From positions 1 through 36,524 of the forward strand of contig MRSU01005911.1 of the NCBI GenBank assembly GCA_008369845.1: a stretch of 36,524 nucleotides of DNA, given 5' to 3'. Of this stretch, positions 11,719-21,297 are shown piece after piece. How positions within the stretch are numbered: the stretch's first letter is position 1; each line of letters starts with the position of its first letter. The position numbers and the translations under genes were made by a program. The notes below the pieces were generated by a model. That model saw nothing but the letters and a program-made list of their open reading frames with translations, did not search any database and had not been told where the DNA came from. Origin of the DNA: Trichomonas gallinae. Its lineage: Eukaryota.

Positions 11719-14700
11719 ATGAGTGGACAACGTAACAAAACAAAGATTAAATGGAATGAATTCAGAAGAGCAATAATTGATCAGTTAAATGAGACGAAGG
11801 AACCGATCTTGATAGAAAAGGTCTATAATATTTACAATAAATTTGGTAAGAAAAAATATTCACAGGAATTAATAAAAATTTTAATAAAAATAGCAACTGA
11901 AACAGGCCAGCTAACTGAAATGAGTTTAGATTTGCCTTCAGAACAGCCACAAAAACTTTTTGCAAATCGTAAACCAGTAACAGCTGCGACATTCTTAATT
12001 CTTTCATCTGATAATATCGAAATATGTCGACAAAAAGCAAATTCGATACTTGAAAACATAATCAAACAAAATAATAAGAACGAAATCGTAGAAACAAATA
12101 AAGAACAAGAAAAGGCAAAAGAAAGCATCAAGATACACGATAATAAAGCTACAATAGCAAAATACAAATCGCAAAACTGCATCTCTGCAGATATGATTAG
12201 ATCAAATTTATTTCATTGTTTTTTATTAAAAAAATACGGGGAATCAGCATTTTCACCAACATCTATATTGAATGATGCACCAATAGATCTATTAATCAAG
12301 ATTTGTCCAAGTTTTCAAATATTTCCACAAATTATCCAATGCCCACAGCTGAGATTCATTTCTTTCAAGTATTTTCCAAGTAAATTCACCACACCTGCTC
12401 GAAAAGAGCAAATAAAGAAAGAAATAGAAAAACTTTTACAGCAATTGGTTAAATTGGATTTGATTCGTAAGACAATGAAGCAATACATATGCATAAAATG
12501 TATTCAAATAGAATTTAACAAAAATCAATCAATTACTTTAAATTTGTTCAAAGATAAGCATTTTCTTTATTTCTGGAGAACAATAGCAACAATGAATTTA
12601 ATTGAGCACATTGATATGACTTTTCAAGAGACTTGGCGTAAAAACTGGATAATTTCAAAAAAAATGATTAGAAACACATTTATTAAAGCTATAACGCAGA
12701 CATATGATGTGAATAAGGAGAATTTTACTACTATTACTGGTATTGAAAGAGCTTTTTGTTCAAAAGATCTTCCAGAAAAAACATTTAAACCTGATTTCGC
12801 TTTTTTAAAAGAGAATGTAAATGACGAGTTAAGAAAACTATTTAATATCAAAAACTATCAATTAATTAACTTTGTAGACAATGAGAACATCGAATCAACA
12901 AATGATTTTCAAAATTTGATTCTTAAAAAAGATTTCTTACAGACAATACTTTGTCAACTTTCAGCATTAGCATCAGTAACAGCTAATGGAGTAATATGTA
13001 GTTTCATACCACCAGGAAACAAAATTTTGGAATTAATTCAATCACTTGCGGAAAAATACAAATTTGAATTAAACAAGTTAACTCTAACAAACAAGAAGGA
13101 CAATGTTCGTCGTTTTAGAAGAAAACATTTAAATTTTCTTAAATATTATTATGATTATGAATATAGATACATTCAGTTATTAGGTAAATCAGTTGCCCAA
13201 TCATTAAAACTAGATGTCAATCCAGATACAACAAATAATGATATAATTTTAAGTGATATATCTAGAATTTTTCAAATTATTAATCTTTCTAACAAAATTC
13301 CACAGAAATTAGGAGAGCTGATTGAAGTCTTAAAGAGATTCTTCTATATTGGACCTAGGATTTATTACGAAACAAATCAACATAAATTTCTTTCAGAATT
13401 TGACTGGAATCATTCAAAAGATGCTCTTATATACTTAAGGCTCTTGAATTTTATACATTTTTCAAAGGAAAGCGGGAAAATTTATAGATCAAAATATTAC
13501 AACAAAAAACCATTATTTGAAGAAAGATTCTTCATTGATGTCATTAAATTAAATGATCAATGGCAAAAACATCGACTGACAGCACCGCCAACACTTGTTT
13601 CCGAATTATCAGATGCATTATTCTTTAAATTGATATTAGAAGATAGCACTATGCCAGAAATGATCAATGAAACATTTGATCAAGATCAAATTCGATTACA
13701 ACTAAAATTCAAAAAATTAGCTTATCACAAACTCATAATCGATACCAAAAATGTTGATTCTAATATTGAAGATACTAATACAGAAGATATTGTTTCTATA
13801 ACAGAAAATAATGAATCTACTGCTGAAGTGAATAATACAACTGACCAAGAAACTACGTCTAATACCGAAGAGTTTAAATCAGAAACTGATGATGATAAAT
13901 CAAATACTGAAGATACCAAATCAGAAAATCAAGATGATGCATTTATTACTATCGAATATAAATCTCAAAATAAAGATAATGCATCAGAGACTAAATTAAA
14001 AGTCCAAGAAACTGAAGCCAATATATCTCATATTGGAGGAACCAATATAAATGCTAAAAGCGAATTCAATGCTGAAAAGGTTGAATCCAAATCCAGTGAT
14101 AATGCTGGTATAATGATCGAAACGGTAAGAAACATAGTTGCTGCATCTGATAAATTCAAAAAATTTGATATTCAAATACCATCAATTTTCGTGTTTGCAT
14201 ACATTTTATTCTCAGGAGATGATGGCATTGACTACGAAACTCTAAAAAATTACATGAAAATTATAACTGATGATGATATAATCATTTGCAAGTCAATTAA
14301 CTTTCTCATGATGCTTTCTTATGTGTATAGGATCAGCTGCAGGTCTGCCATGCCGTTCTTTATTTCTTTCAACAATGTCAGCAAAAAATCAGCAAGAATT
14401 GGTCATATTTTTTCCAAAATTGATGGATGTGTTAACAGAAAGCTAGCTAACGACCTGATACTTGATGTATATGATAGGATATTCAAGAATAATAACATAG
14501 AGTTCCAAGATTTGTTGAATTTGATGCCTTTGGTTTCTCCAGCAGATTTATTATTTGTTTTAAATGTTATGATTTGTGATGAAACAATTATTGCCAAAGA
14601 ATACAACTGTGACGTGTCTCTGTATGAGAGTCATGATGATCCTTGTCAGCCAATTGATGACATTCTCTTTTGTTACAAGATTTATCAAAGTCAAACGAAT

Positions 14701-14781
14701 CCTTCTGTTTATAGACCGCTGAGGTACTACTCAGTCACCAGGAACCAATTTTTGAAGATGACTTTCATTCCATCTTCATAA
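11719..14781 (+). CDS. 1020-aa protein, candidate divergent TFIIIC large subunit (GTF3C1/Tfc3/tau138-like)
   Basis: Long uninterrupted ORF with Inr TCATTT at 11702. Several blocks are collinear with remembered GTF3C1 motifs: ADMIRSNLFHCFL, APIDLLIKI, LLQQLVKLDLI, YFWRTI, SGDDGIDYETL, IDGCVNRKL...VYDRIFKN...LLNLMPLVSPADLLFVLNVM. The CDS is solid; the product call is moderate. Confidence 0.65.
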   Translation: MSGQRNKTKIKWNEFRRAIIDQLNETKEPILIEKVYNIYNKFGKKKYSQELIKILIKIATETGQLTEMSLDLPSEQPQKLFANRKPVTAATFLILSSDNIEICRQKANSILENIIKQNNKNEIVETNKEQEKAKESIKIHDNKATIAKYKSQNCISADMIRSNLFHCFLLKKYGESAFSPTSILNDAPIDLLIKICPSFQIFPQIIQCPQLRFISFKYFPSKFTTPARKEQIKKEIEKLLQQLVKLDLIRKTMKQYICIKCIQIEFNKNQSITLNLFKDKHFLYFWRTIATMNLIEHIDMTFQETWRKNWIISKKMIRNTFIKAITQTYDVNKENFTTITGIERAFCSKDLPEKTFKPDFAFLKENVNDELRKLFNIKNYQLINFVDNENIESTNDFQNLILKKDFLQTILCQLSALASVTANGVICSFIPPGNKILELIQSLAEKYKFELNKLTLTNKKDNVRRFRRKHLNFLKYYYDYEYRYIQLLGKSVAQSLKLDVNPDTTNNDIILSDISRIFQIINLSNKIPQKLGELIEVLKRFFYIGPRIYYETNQHKFLSEFDWNHSKDALIYLRLLNFIHFSKESGKIYRSKYYNKKPLFEERFFIDVIKLNDQWQKHRLTAPPTLVSELSDALFFKLILEDSTMPEMINETFDQDQIRLQLKFKKLAYHKLIIDTKNVDSNIEDTNTEDIVSITENNESTAEVNNTTDQETTSNTEEFKSETDDDKSNTEDTKSENQDDAFITIEYKSQNKDNASETKLKVQETEANISHIGGTNINAKSEFNAEKVESKSSDNAGIMIETVRNIVAASDKFKKFDIQIPSIFVFAYILFSGDDGIDYETLKNYMKIITDDDIIICKSINFLMMLSYVYRISCRSAMPFFISFNNVSKKSARIGHIFSKIDGCVNRKLANDLILDVYDRIFKNNNIEFQDLLNLMPLVSPADLLFVLNVMICDETIIAKEYNCDVSLYESHDDPCQPIDDILFCYKIYQSQTNPSVYRPLRYYSVTRNQFLKMTFIPSS
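13861..13944 (+). repeat. Degenerate 21-bp (7-aa) tandem repeat with a 42-bp higher-order period, in an acidic linker
   Basis: Units AATACCGAAGAGTTTAAATCA / GAAACTGATGATGATAAATCA / AATACTGAAGATACCAAATCA / GAAAATCAAGATGATGCATTT encode NTEEFKS ETDDDKS NTEDTKS ENQDDAF. Confidence 0.7.
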
Positions 14782-15246
14782 TTTTATATTATTGTTTTTT
14801 ATATTAAATATTGTTTGTTTTACAATATATTATTTAAAAATAATGCTCACAAAATGGCGAAATATATGATTTAAATCGTTCATTCTCTTAAATATCAAAT
14901 TTTCAAATTGAAAAATTAAAGAACTATGCTTTAAACGAAGAAATCTGATATTAGCTCTTGGTTGAGAAGTAATTTTTACAAGAAAGTTTATAACATAGCG
15001 ATTAAAAATTTCGACGATAGATTCGTTTTATGGATGTCCACGATTTGGAACATTTGTTCACATTAATCAGATGATTTTGCATTCATAAAAAGCATTATAA
15101 CAGTAATTCATGAGATCTTTTGCCAATCTCGAATAAATTTGGAATAAAATCGCGATTTAAAATAAACCTAACAAATACTTTACTGAAAGATATATAAGAG
15201 AGTGGTAAAATTAAAAGAAGAATGAGAAAATTAAAAATTGAAAAAA

Positions 15247-15846
15247 TTAATCGGCTATTTTGAACTGGACATGTTTTCTTAGCGATCTTGGTGTCAAAGC
15301 GATAGCATTGATCTGCTTCGTTGCATCACCAATCGTGTCAATTCTAAGCTTTTCGTGTCTCTCGTTAATAGAAATAAATTGCATTATCCTATCGGCTTCA
15401 TCTTGCAGTGTACAGACTGAGTCTCGTTTAGTTTGTACATCTGAAATGAGTTTCTTGAGTTCGTCCAATCCTTCGATATTCATTTCTTCGAGTTTGGAAA
15501 CTATTGATTGGTAATAATTTGTTGTCAATTTTGCAGCTTGCTTGTGTTTATGTATGAGCTCTTTGTTGTAAACAACACCGAGATTTTCGATTTCTTGATT
15601 TATTTTAACTTTTTCTGACATGATTTTATTGTATTCGGCTTTAATCGCTGGCATCTCTGCAATGAGCTGGTCGTACTCATCCTTTGCCTTCCTGAAACTG
15701 ACATCTTCAATTTTTACTGTTTTTGTCTCTTCTGGCAAATTGTTTGCGGTTTGTGTGTTGTTATTACGCAGGTCAGCCAATTTGCGACTGAGGCATGCGT
15801 TTTCGTCTCTCAAGTTCTGAAGTTTGATGTAAGGATCATCCTGCAT
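15247..15846 (-). CDS. Hypothetical coiled-coil protein, 199 aa
   Basis: ATG-initiated ORF with coding-like composition and heptad-rich K/E/Q/L content throughout. Confidence 0.75.
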   Translation of the reverse strand: MQDDPYIKLQNLRDENACLSRKLADLRNNNTQTANNLPEETKTVKIEDVSFRKAKDEYDQLIAEMPAIKAEYNKIMSEKVKINQEIENLGVVYNKELIHKHKQAAKLTTNYYQSIVSKLEEMNIEGLDELKKLISDVQTKRDSVCTLQDEADRIMQFISINERHEKLRIDTIGDATKQINAIALTPRSLRKHVQFKIAD

Positions 15847-16980
15847 CAGAAATTTTTTTTGATCAAAGATGCAGCCCCTAAAATAGTTTTTTAAAAAAAC
15901 AGGAGGAATTCACCAGTCTATTTATCTTTATAAACATTATATTAGGAATAGCCCACTTTTTTAGATAATCAACCACTACCACTAAGCCATTAGCCCATCA
16001 CAGTTGATTGCCCTAATGGAGGAATTACATATCAAATATCGCTTTTTTGATAGTTTACATGCTAAATTTCCTTGAAGTGTTTTTGACACTTTAAAATGTC
16101 AGAATTTCTAAAAAGTGGAATATTCTTGTATTAGTTTCACTTTTTGCTAAAATATACATGTCGAAATGGCGCTAAAATTTAGGTGCCATATGGTTCGCCA
16201 GCGCCTATGGATGCGCCAATGGTGGAATGATAACGATATTGTAAAAGCTTTTGAAAAAAAAAATTGCCTATCGTAAATTTTTGACAAAAGAGTGAATCTG
16301 ACATGTAAATCATACAAATATTCATAAAATATGACAATTCGTCATGCAAAAATATATGCATAACATCTAGTTAGAATATGCCACCTAATTTTTAAAACAT
16401 ATGTACACTACACTTTTGTCCCTCAATGATAGCATTATATTTCAAATACCTCGTTATATACGACAAATTCATTGTGTCAGAAATGAACTTATCTACAACA
16501 GTGATGTTCTCTGGGTTCGTTAAAACCTTGCCAACTGCGGCAATAAAAATTAATACATTTATTATTGAAGCTCTGGGATCCTCAGCATGACTGATTAATG
16601 AAACTAAAGCTTGTATTCTTTTTACCGTCATCCCTTCTGTGTTTTCTGGAAACAAATTTATTAATTTTCCTGTAATTATTACTAAATCTGAGTTTCCGCT
16701 TGTTATCAATCGATTGATAATTGACGCACTATATTAAATCTGTCCAGTATTTCGTATTCAGGTAAATATAATATACAAAATCATTTCGATTCAATATAAG
16801 AAATGACTTTTTGATGTGTTATATTGAGTTTGTCTATATATTGGGATGAATATGGATATACACCAAACTCGCACAATAAAGAAAAGCACCTACAGTGATT
16901 TGATAAAACTATTAATTAGAATTAGTTGTTGAATACAAACACAAAATAATATATTTTAACTAATATATAAACAAACAAAA

Positions 16981-18729
16981 TCACTTTGATTTGGTAATAT
17001 AACTTTGAAGAATGTTAATAACATCATTATTCCCTTTCTCTATAGCGAAATCAACAATATTGACCTGCATTTTATTAAATTGATTAATTTTGGCCTTTTT
17101 TGACAAAAGCATCATTATAATATCTATATTTCCCAAGTCTACGGCATAATATAAAGCTGATTTTCCATCTAAGTCAACGCAATCCAAATCTGGATTATAA
17201 TTCAAAAGTAAAGAACAAATTGGAATGTTCTGTGCTATAATAGAGTTAATCAGAGGTGTTCTTCCTTTCAAGTCTCCAATTTCCATATTCGCGTGATTTG
17301 TCAATAAAAACTGAACACAAATTATTGAATCAGTGCAAACTTCGTTTAGAGGAGTTAAACCTTCTCTATTTGCATTATCTATATTGGAGCCTGCCTTTAA
17401 AAGTGCTTCCATCATATCAACGTCTCTCCACATCGCTGCATAATTTATTGCCGAATTTTTGTCATAAAAATAATTCACGTTCCTAGAAATTCCAGCTAAA
17501 AAGCAAACACAATCAGTATTTCCATTCATTGCAGCGAGAAGTAGTGGAGTATAACCTTCACTCGTAGGCTCATCGCAAGGAATCCCGACTTTGACTAAAT
17601 ATTTTAAAACTTTTAACTGTCCATTAATTGAAGCCAAAGAAGTCGCCAACTGGCCTCTATAATTCTTTCCACTTAGTGCTCCATGATGAACTAGGAAGTG
17701 AACTATATCGTATCTGCCGAAACTAGATGCTACATGCAAAGGCGGATTAAATCCTTCATCTAAAAATGTTCCACCATTAAATTTTGCCCAGCTTATATCA
17801 GCTTCTTTAATAATCGACTTCAAAGACTTGAAAATCGTCTTTTCGTGCAGCCATTTGAATGAATTCGAGTAAAATCCATCCCAATGCTTCAATAGTCCTT
17901 TATGATACAATAAAAAACTTAAATATAATGTGTTGCACTTTTCTATGCAAAAGGGTAAATTCACTTTTTCGCACCAAAAATTTTCCAGCAAATATCTACT
18001 GACATCATGTCTATGATAAGCAATTGCAAACGTGAAACATTCTCCAAATTCAGCACCTTTTGAAACGCAGAGCTTAATTATCCTCATATTTCCGCCTTCA
18101 ACTGCGCATTGAAGCAAATATTTATTCATTAAGACTGAATTCATTATCATCAAGAAATTGAAAATCTTAAATGATCCACACCATGCTGCAAAAGAATCGG
18201 CAGTAAATGTTCTAGCAAACTTACTGCCAAAATCAGCGTCAATTTCAATTGTTTGCTCGCTGTATAATTTTTGAAAGAAATAACAAATAAAAACATCTAA
18301 ATCATCTCTTACAATGCATTTAAATATAGAATCTGGCTCAAATATATTTATGATATCTTCCGATCTACCGAACATATTGGACCATTTTTGGAAACGAAAT
18401 CTCTGTTGGCTAGAAATTAAATTTTTTTCGCTCAGCAAAAAAGAAAAAGGTGAAAGACGATAGACATTGTTTGTTTTTCCAATTTCCCTGCAAAGCTTTA
18501 AATATATGTTAAAATTGAACCTTCTTACTGTTGCTGCTGCAATTATTAAACTATATATAGTGTTTTTTGAAGTCAGCAAAATCTCTTTCACTTTTTTAAG
18601 TGCTGTATCATATGTAGCCTCGGATAGGTTGAACATGAGCTCTTCCAGGATATACCACTCATAGAAACACCGAGGGACTACAGATGGCTCGAAAGTGCAT
18701 AGATTTAGCACCTCCGCCATTTTTGACAT
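16981..18729 (-). CDS. Ankyrin-repeat protein with a DUF3447 domain (Trichomonas-expanded family), about 580 aa
   Basis: DUF3447-like block AAWCGSFKIFNFL...CAVEGGNMRIIKLC...AIAYHRHDVSRYLLENF, followed by about 8 ankyrin repeats (PPLHVASSFG, GYTPLLLAAMNG, GRTPLINSI, GKSALYYAV). The start may be 18729 or 18720. Confidence 0.9.
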   Translation of the reverse strand: MSKMAEVLNLCTFEPSVVPRCFYEWYILEELMFNLSEATYDTALKKVKEILLTSKNTIYSLIIAAATVRRFNFNIYLKLCREIGKTNNVYRLSPFSFLLSEKNLISSQQRFRFQKWSNMFGRSEDIINIFEPDSIFKCIVRDDLDVFICYFFQKLYSEQTIEIDADFGSKFARTFTADSFAAWCGSFKIFNFLMIMNSVLMNKYLLQCAVEGGNMRIIKLCVSKGAEFGECFTFAIAYHRHDVSRYLLENFWCEKVNLPFCIEKCNTLYLSFLLYHKGLLKHWDGFYSNSFKWLHEKTIFKSLKSIIKEADISWAKFNGGTFLDEGFNPPLHVASSFGRYDIVHFLVHHGALSGKNYRGQLATSLASINGQLKVLKYLVKVGIPCDEPTSEGYTPLLLAAMNGNTDCVCFLAGISRNVNYFYDKNSAINYAAMWRDVDMMEALLKAGSNIDNANREGLTPLNEVCTDSIICVQFLLTNHANMEIGDLKGRTPLINSIIAQNIPICSLLLNYNPDLDCVDLDGKSALYYAVDLGNIDIIMMLLSKKAKINQFNKMQVNIVDFAIEKGNNDVINILQSYITKSK

Positions 18730-18739
18730 ATTTAATTTT

Positions 18740-18747
18740 AAACGGCC
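18740..18747 (-). promoter_or_regulatory. M3 core promoter motif of the ankyrin gene
   Basis: The minus strand reads GGCCGTTT (DRCSGYTD) just upstream of the start codon. Confidence 0.45.
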
Positions 18748-18779
18748 TATGTAAAGTTTTTTGTAAAGTCAAGATATAT

Positions 18780-18807
18780 TTTGACATGTAAATATTTACA
18801 TGTCAAA
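18780..18807. promoter_or_regulatory. Perfect 28-bp palindrome made of two inverted TTTGACATGTAAA motifs in a bidirectional promoter
   Basis: TTTGACATGTAAATATTTACATGTCAAA lies in the 269-bp gap between the divergent genes starting at 18729 (-) and 18999 (+). The palindrome is seen directly; a regulatory role is inferred. Confidence 0.7.
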
Positions 18808-18998
18808 TAACAATTGGAGATAAAAAGTCGATTTTTATCGTGAGTTTATAATATAAGCATTTTAATGATATAATAAACAATATTTGTATAAAATTTATTT
18901 GTAAACTTTTGAATTTTATTTTTTATTCGATTTTTGGATACAATAATATAATCTAAAACATTTTATCAAAATAAAAATAAAAAAAAGTTATTTTTTCA

Positions 18999-20258
18999 AT
19001 GTTGAAAGAAGTTTTCGCTGATAAGCCAAGAATGCTGAAATATTTCGAAGCATTTGGCGGCATATCGGAGCCAGATGAAGAGAGGCAGTCGAATCTTATA
19101 CAAAAACTAACAGATTTCCGCGTTAAACATTCGAGTTTGATGGTCGATAAGAAAAGAAGGTGGGAAGAGAAAAACTACGATCTCACATTGGCTAAATTTC
19201 AGCACTACTACTATTTTATTGTATTCCTGAGGGACCAGCTTGTTATCGCAGATCAAGAATTATTAAAATTCGAAGAAGATCAGATGAACAGCCTCTTAGA
19301 GGTAATAGATAATATCACAAAGGAAATTATGGACGATGCCAGGCTATTTATTAACGTGCCAGTGCTCACAGGAAATATTTTGAAATTAATTGTCTCGAAA
19401 CCAAAATACGTCGAAATCAAGAACAGACACAAATTAATTAACAATAAGTTCAGAGCAATTACGTCAAAACTGGTGCCTTTTAACTTTGCAAAGATTTTAT
19501 CTTCAGAATTACTTTTAACAGCCAGATTATTTGACACAGAGACCTGTTATTCACCACCTGGTAATGTTGATGCTGTTTTAATTGATTATATCGAATCAAC
19601 ACCAAAATTATTGGAATTAATTGAACCAACAGCGAAAGCAATTTCAGAAAGTGCGTCAGTTGATGACGCAATCGAAACTATTTCGAACACTGCACTCGAA
19701 GTTTACAAACACCTCGAAATTGGCGAAGGAATGACAAGACAAATGATTTTCATCAGTTTGACTAGATATTTGTTCAACGAGGCTTACATGTACGACAAGA
19801 TGCTTTCCACACATGATCCAATCAATATGACGTTCCTACAAAAATGCGAAGAATATTCAAAGCAAAAAGTGAAAGATTTGAACTTATCGAAGGATGTCAT
19901 GGAAGGATATACACCTGGTCTTGTTGTTCCTACCATTTTCAAAGGCAAAAGGCTTAATTCCATGAAACCTATGGAATTCATGACAAATCCAATAGATATG
20001 ATGAACTACGTGCATACAGTTCTTGGACAACTCGGAACATACTTCGGGAAAGGCAAAACAATGTCTTTTGATGACACATTTACATTATTAATGGCTCACA
20101 TGTCTGTAGCACCACCTGTCAACGCTGTGTCTATCGCAAAGTTAGCAATTAAGTGGGACCAGCTCCAGCTGTCGCCTATTGTCGCAATGGCGAAAAATTA
20201 CTATGTTGCAGCAATTGAATCAATGATGGGGTCAAATGAATGGGAAAATGATATATAA
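18999..20258 (+). CDS. 419-aa protein with an N-terminal coiled coil and a divergent C-terminal VPS9-like (Rab5 GEF-type) domain
   Basis: The C-terminus NPIDMMNYVHTV...MSFDDTFTLL...APPVNAVSIAK...AKNYYVAAIESM follows the VPS9 pattern (P.DK...ADD.LP.L....P..L.S...Y.....AV..I). Confidence 0.6.
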   Translation: MLKEVFADKPRMLKYFEAFGGISEPDEERQSNLIQKLTDFRVKHSSLMVDKKRRWEEKNYDLTLAKFQHYYYFIVFLRDQLVIADQELLKFEEDQMNSLLEVIDNITKEIMDDARLFINVPVLTGNILKLIVSKPKYVEIKNRHKLINNKFRAITSKLVPFNFAKILSSELLLTARLFDTETCYSPPGNVDAVLIDYIESTPKLLELIEPTAKAISESASVDDAIETISNTALEVYKHLEIGEGMTRQMIFISLTRYLFNEAYMYDKMLSTHDPINMTFLQKCEEYSKQKVKDLNLSKDVMEGYTPGLVVPTIFKGKRLNSMKPMEFMTNPIDMMNYVHTVLGQLGTYFGKGKTMSFDDTFTLLMAHMSVAPPVNAVSIAKLAIKWDQLQLSPIVAMAKNYYVAAIESMMGSNEWENDI

Positions 20259-21142
20259 TTGCAACTAATGAAATGATCTATCCCAAGATATACTATTTAT
20301 ACTAAATAAAATCTATCTGTTTGTTTAAATATATTTAGATTTCTTATAAAATTAGATATTTCACATATCAACTTGAGATTTTGAGGAAGATATCCAAGAA
20401 AATCCATATGTGAGTTAGTAATTTATATTAATTTATAAAATTAATAAAAAAAAAATTTTGTTGTCTTGTTGATTGCAATGGTATAATTTTGTTTTGTATA
20501 TCATGAATCTAAATGATTTTCAGTTCAAAATTTGAATAATCGTGATAAAAAATATTGTAATATGATATTTTGAACATTAACACATTATACTTATATAACA
20601 CATTGGATTTTGATGAAATTCGTCATTCACAATGATATACAAATGCATTTACCTATGTCTTAAAAAAAATTAAAATTTCATAATTATTTTTTACCAATCT
20701 TGAAATTATGTCAATTAATGATAGTATTTCTACTAAATGTGAGTTAGAATAGATAATTATACTGAAAAATGCAACTATTTGGGAAAGATAAAAACAAATG
20801 AATATTAATCAATAATTCTTATGATGCAGATATTCCATGAAAATGAGCTTAAAATAAATTGATAGCCTTGGTAACATGGAATATGGAATTACGATTTTCG
20901 ACATAGATATCTATGAATGTAGGGATATATATATTTGATGACAAAGCAGTGGAACTATATTATACTCAATGGAGTTCCTTCTCATTAAATGGATCTTTTC
21001 ACAGATGATTTTTTGCTCCTTTTGTTTGAACAAGAACAGAACCTAAAAACTAAATTTCGATCTTCCAGAGTCCAAATTATCTTCCAAAGTTGCATCCCTA
21101 TGTTTATTTGATAAAAATAAACTACTCAAAATTGAACCACAT

Positions 21143-21190
21143 GTGGCGGTTTATAATACAACAAAAGTGGCGGATTATAATACAACAAAA
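21143..21190 (+). repeat. 24-bp tandem duplication in a promoter
   Basis: GTGGCGGTTTATAATACAACAAAA and GTGGCGGATTATAATACAACAAAA differ by one mismatch. Copy 1 contains the M3 motif GGCGGTTT. Confidence 0.9.
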
Positions 21191-21267
21191 ATGTCATCTA
21201 ACGGTATTTGACATGTCAAATTTTTGTCAGATTCATTACTTTTTGTCAAAAAAGTTTGGTAAATTTG

Positions 21268-21290
21268 TCACTTTTGGAACACTTCATTTT
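21268..21290 (+). promoter_or_regulatory. Tandem Inr elements
   Basis: TCACTTTT (21268-21275) and TCATTTT (21284-21290) precede ATG 21298. Confidence 0.65.
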
Positions 21291-21297
21291 TCAATAT

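Noticed and set aside
16392..16709. 105-codon minus-strand ORF
   Set aside because: It starts at TTG with an in-frame TAA shortly upstream and has no recognisable domain; at most a gene remnant.
20870..21020. Fragments (ITIFDI, IYIFD, MDLFT) faintly recalling a Raptor N-terminal domain
   Set aside because: The fragments are spread over several frames with stops, and the similarity is too weak to support without a search.
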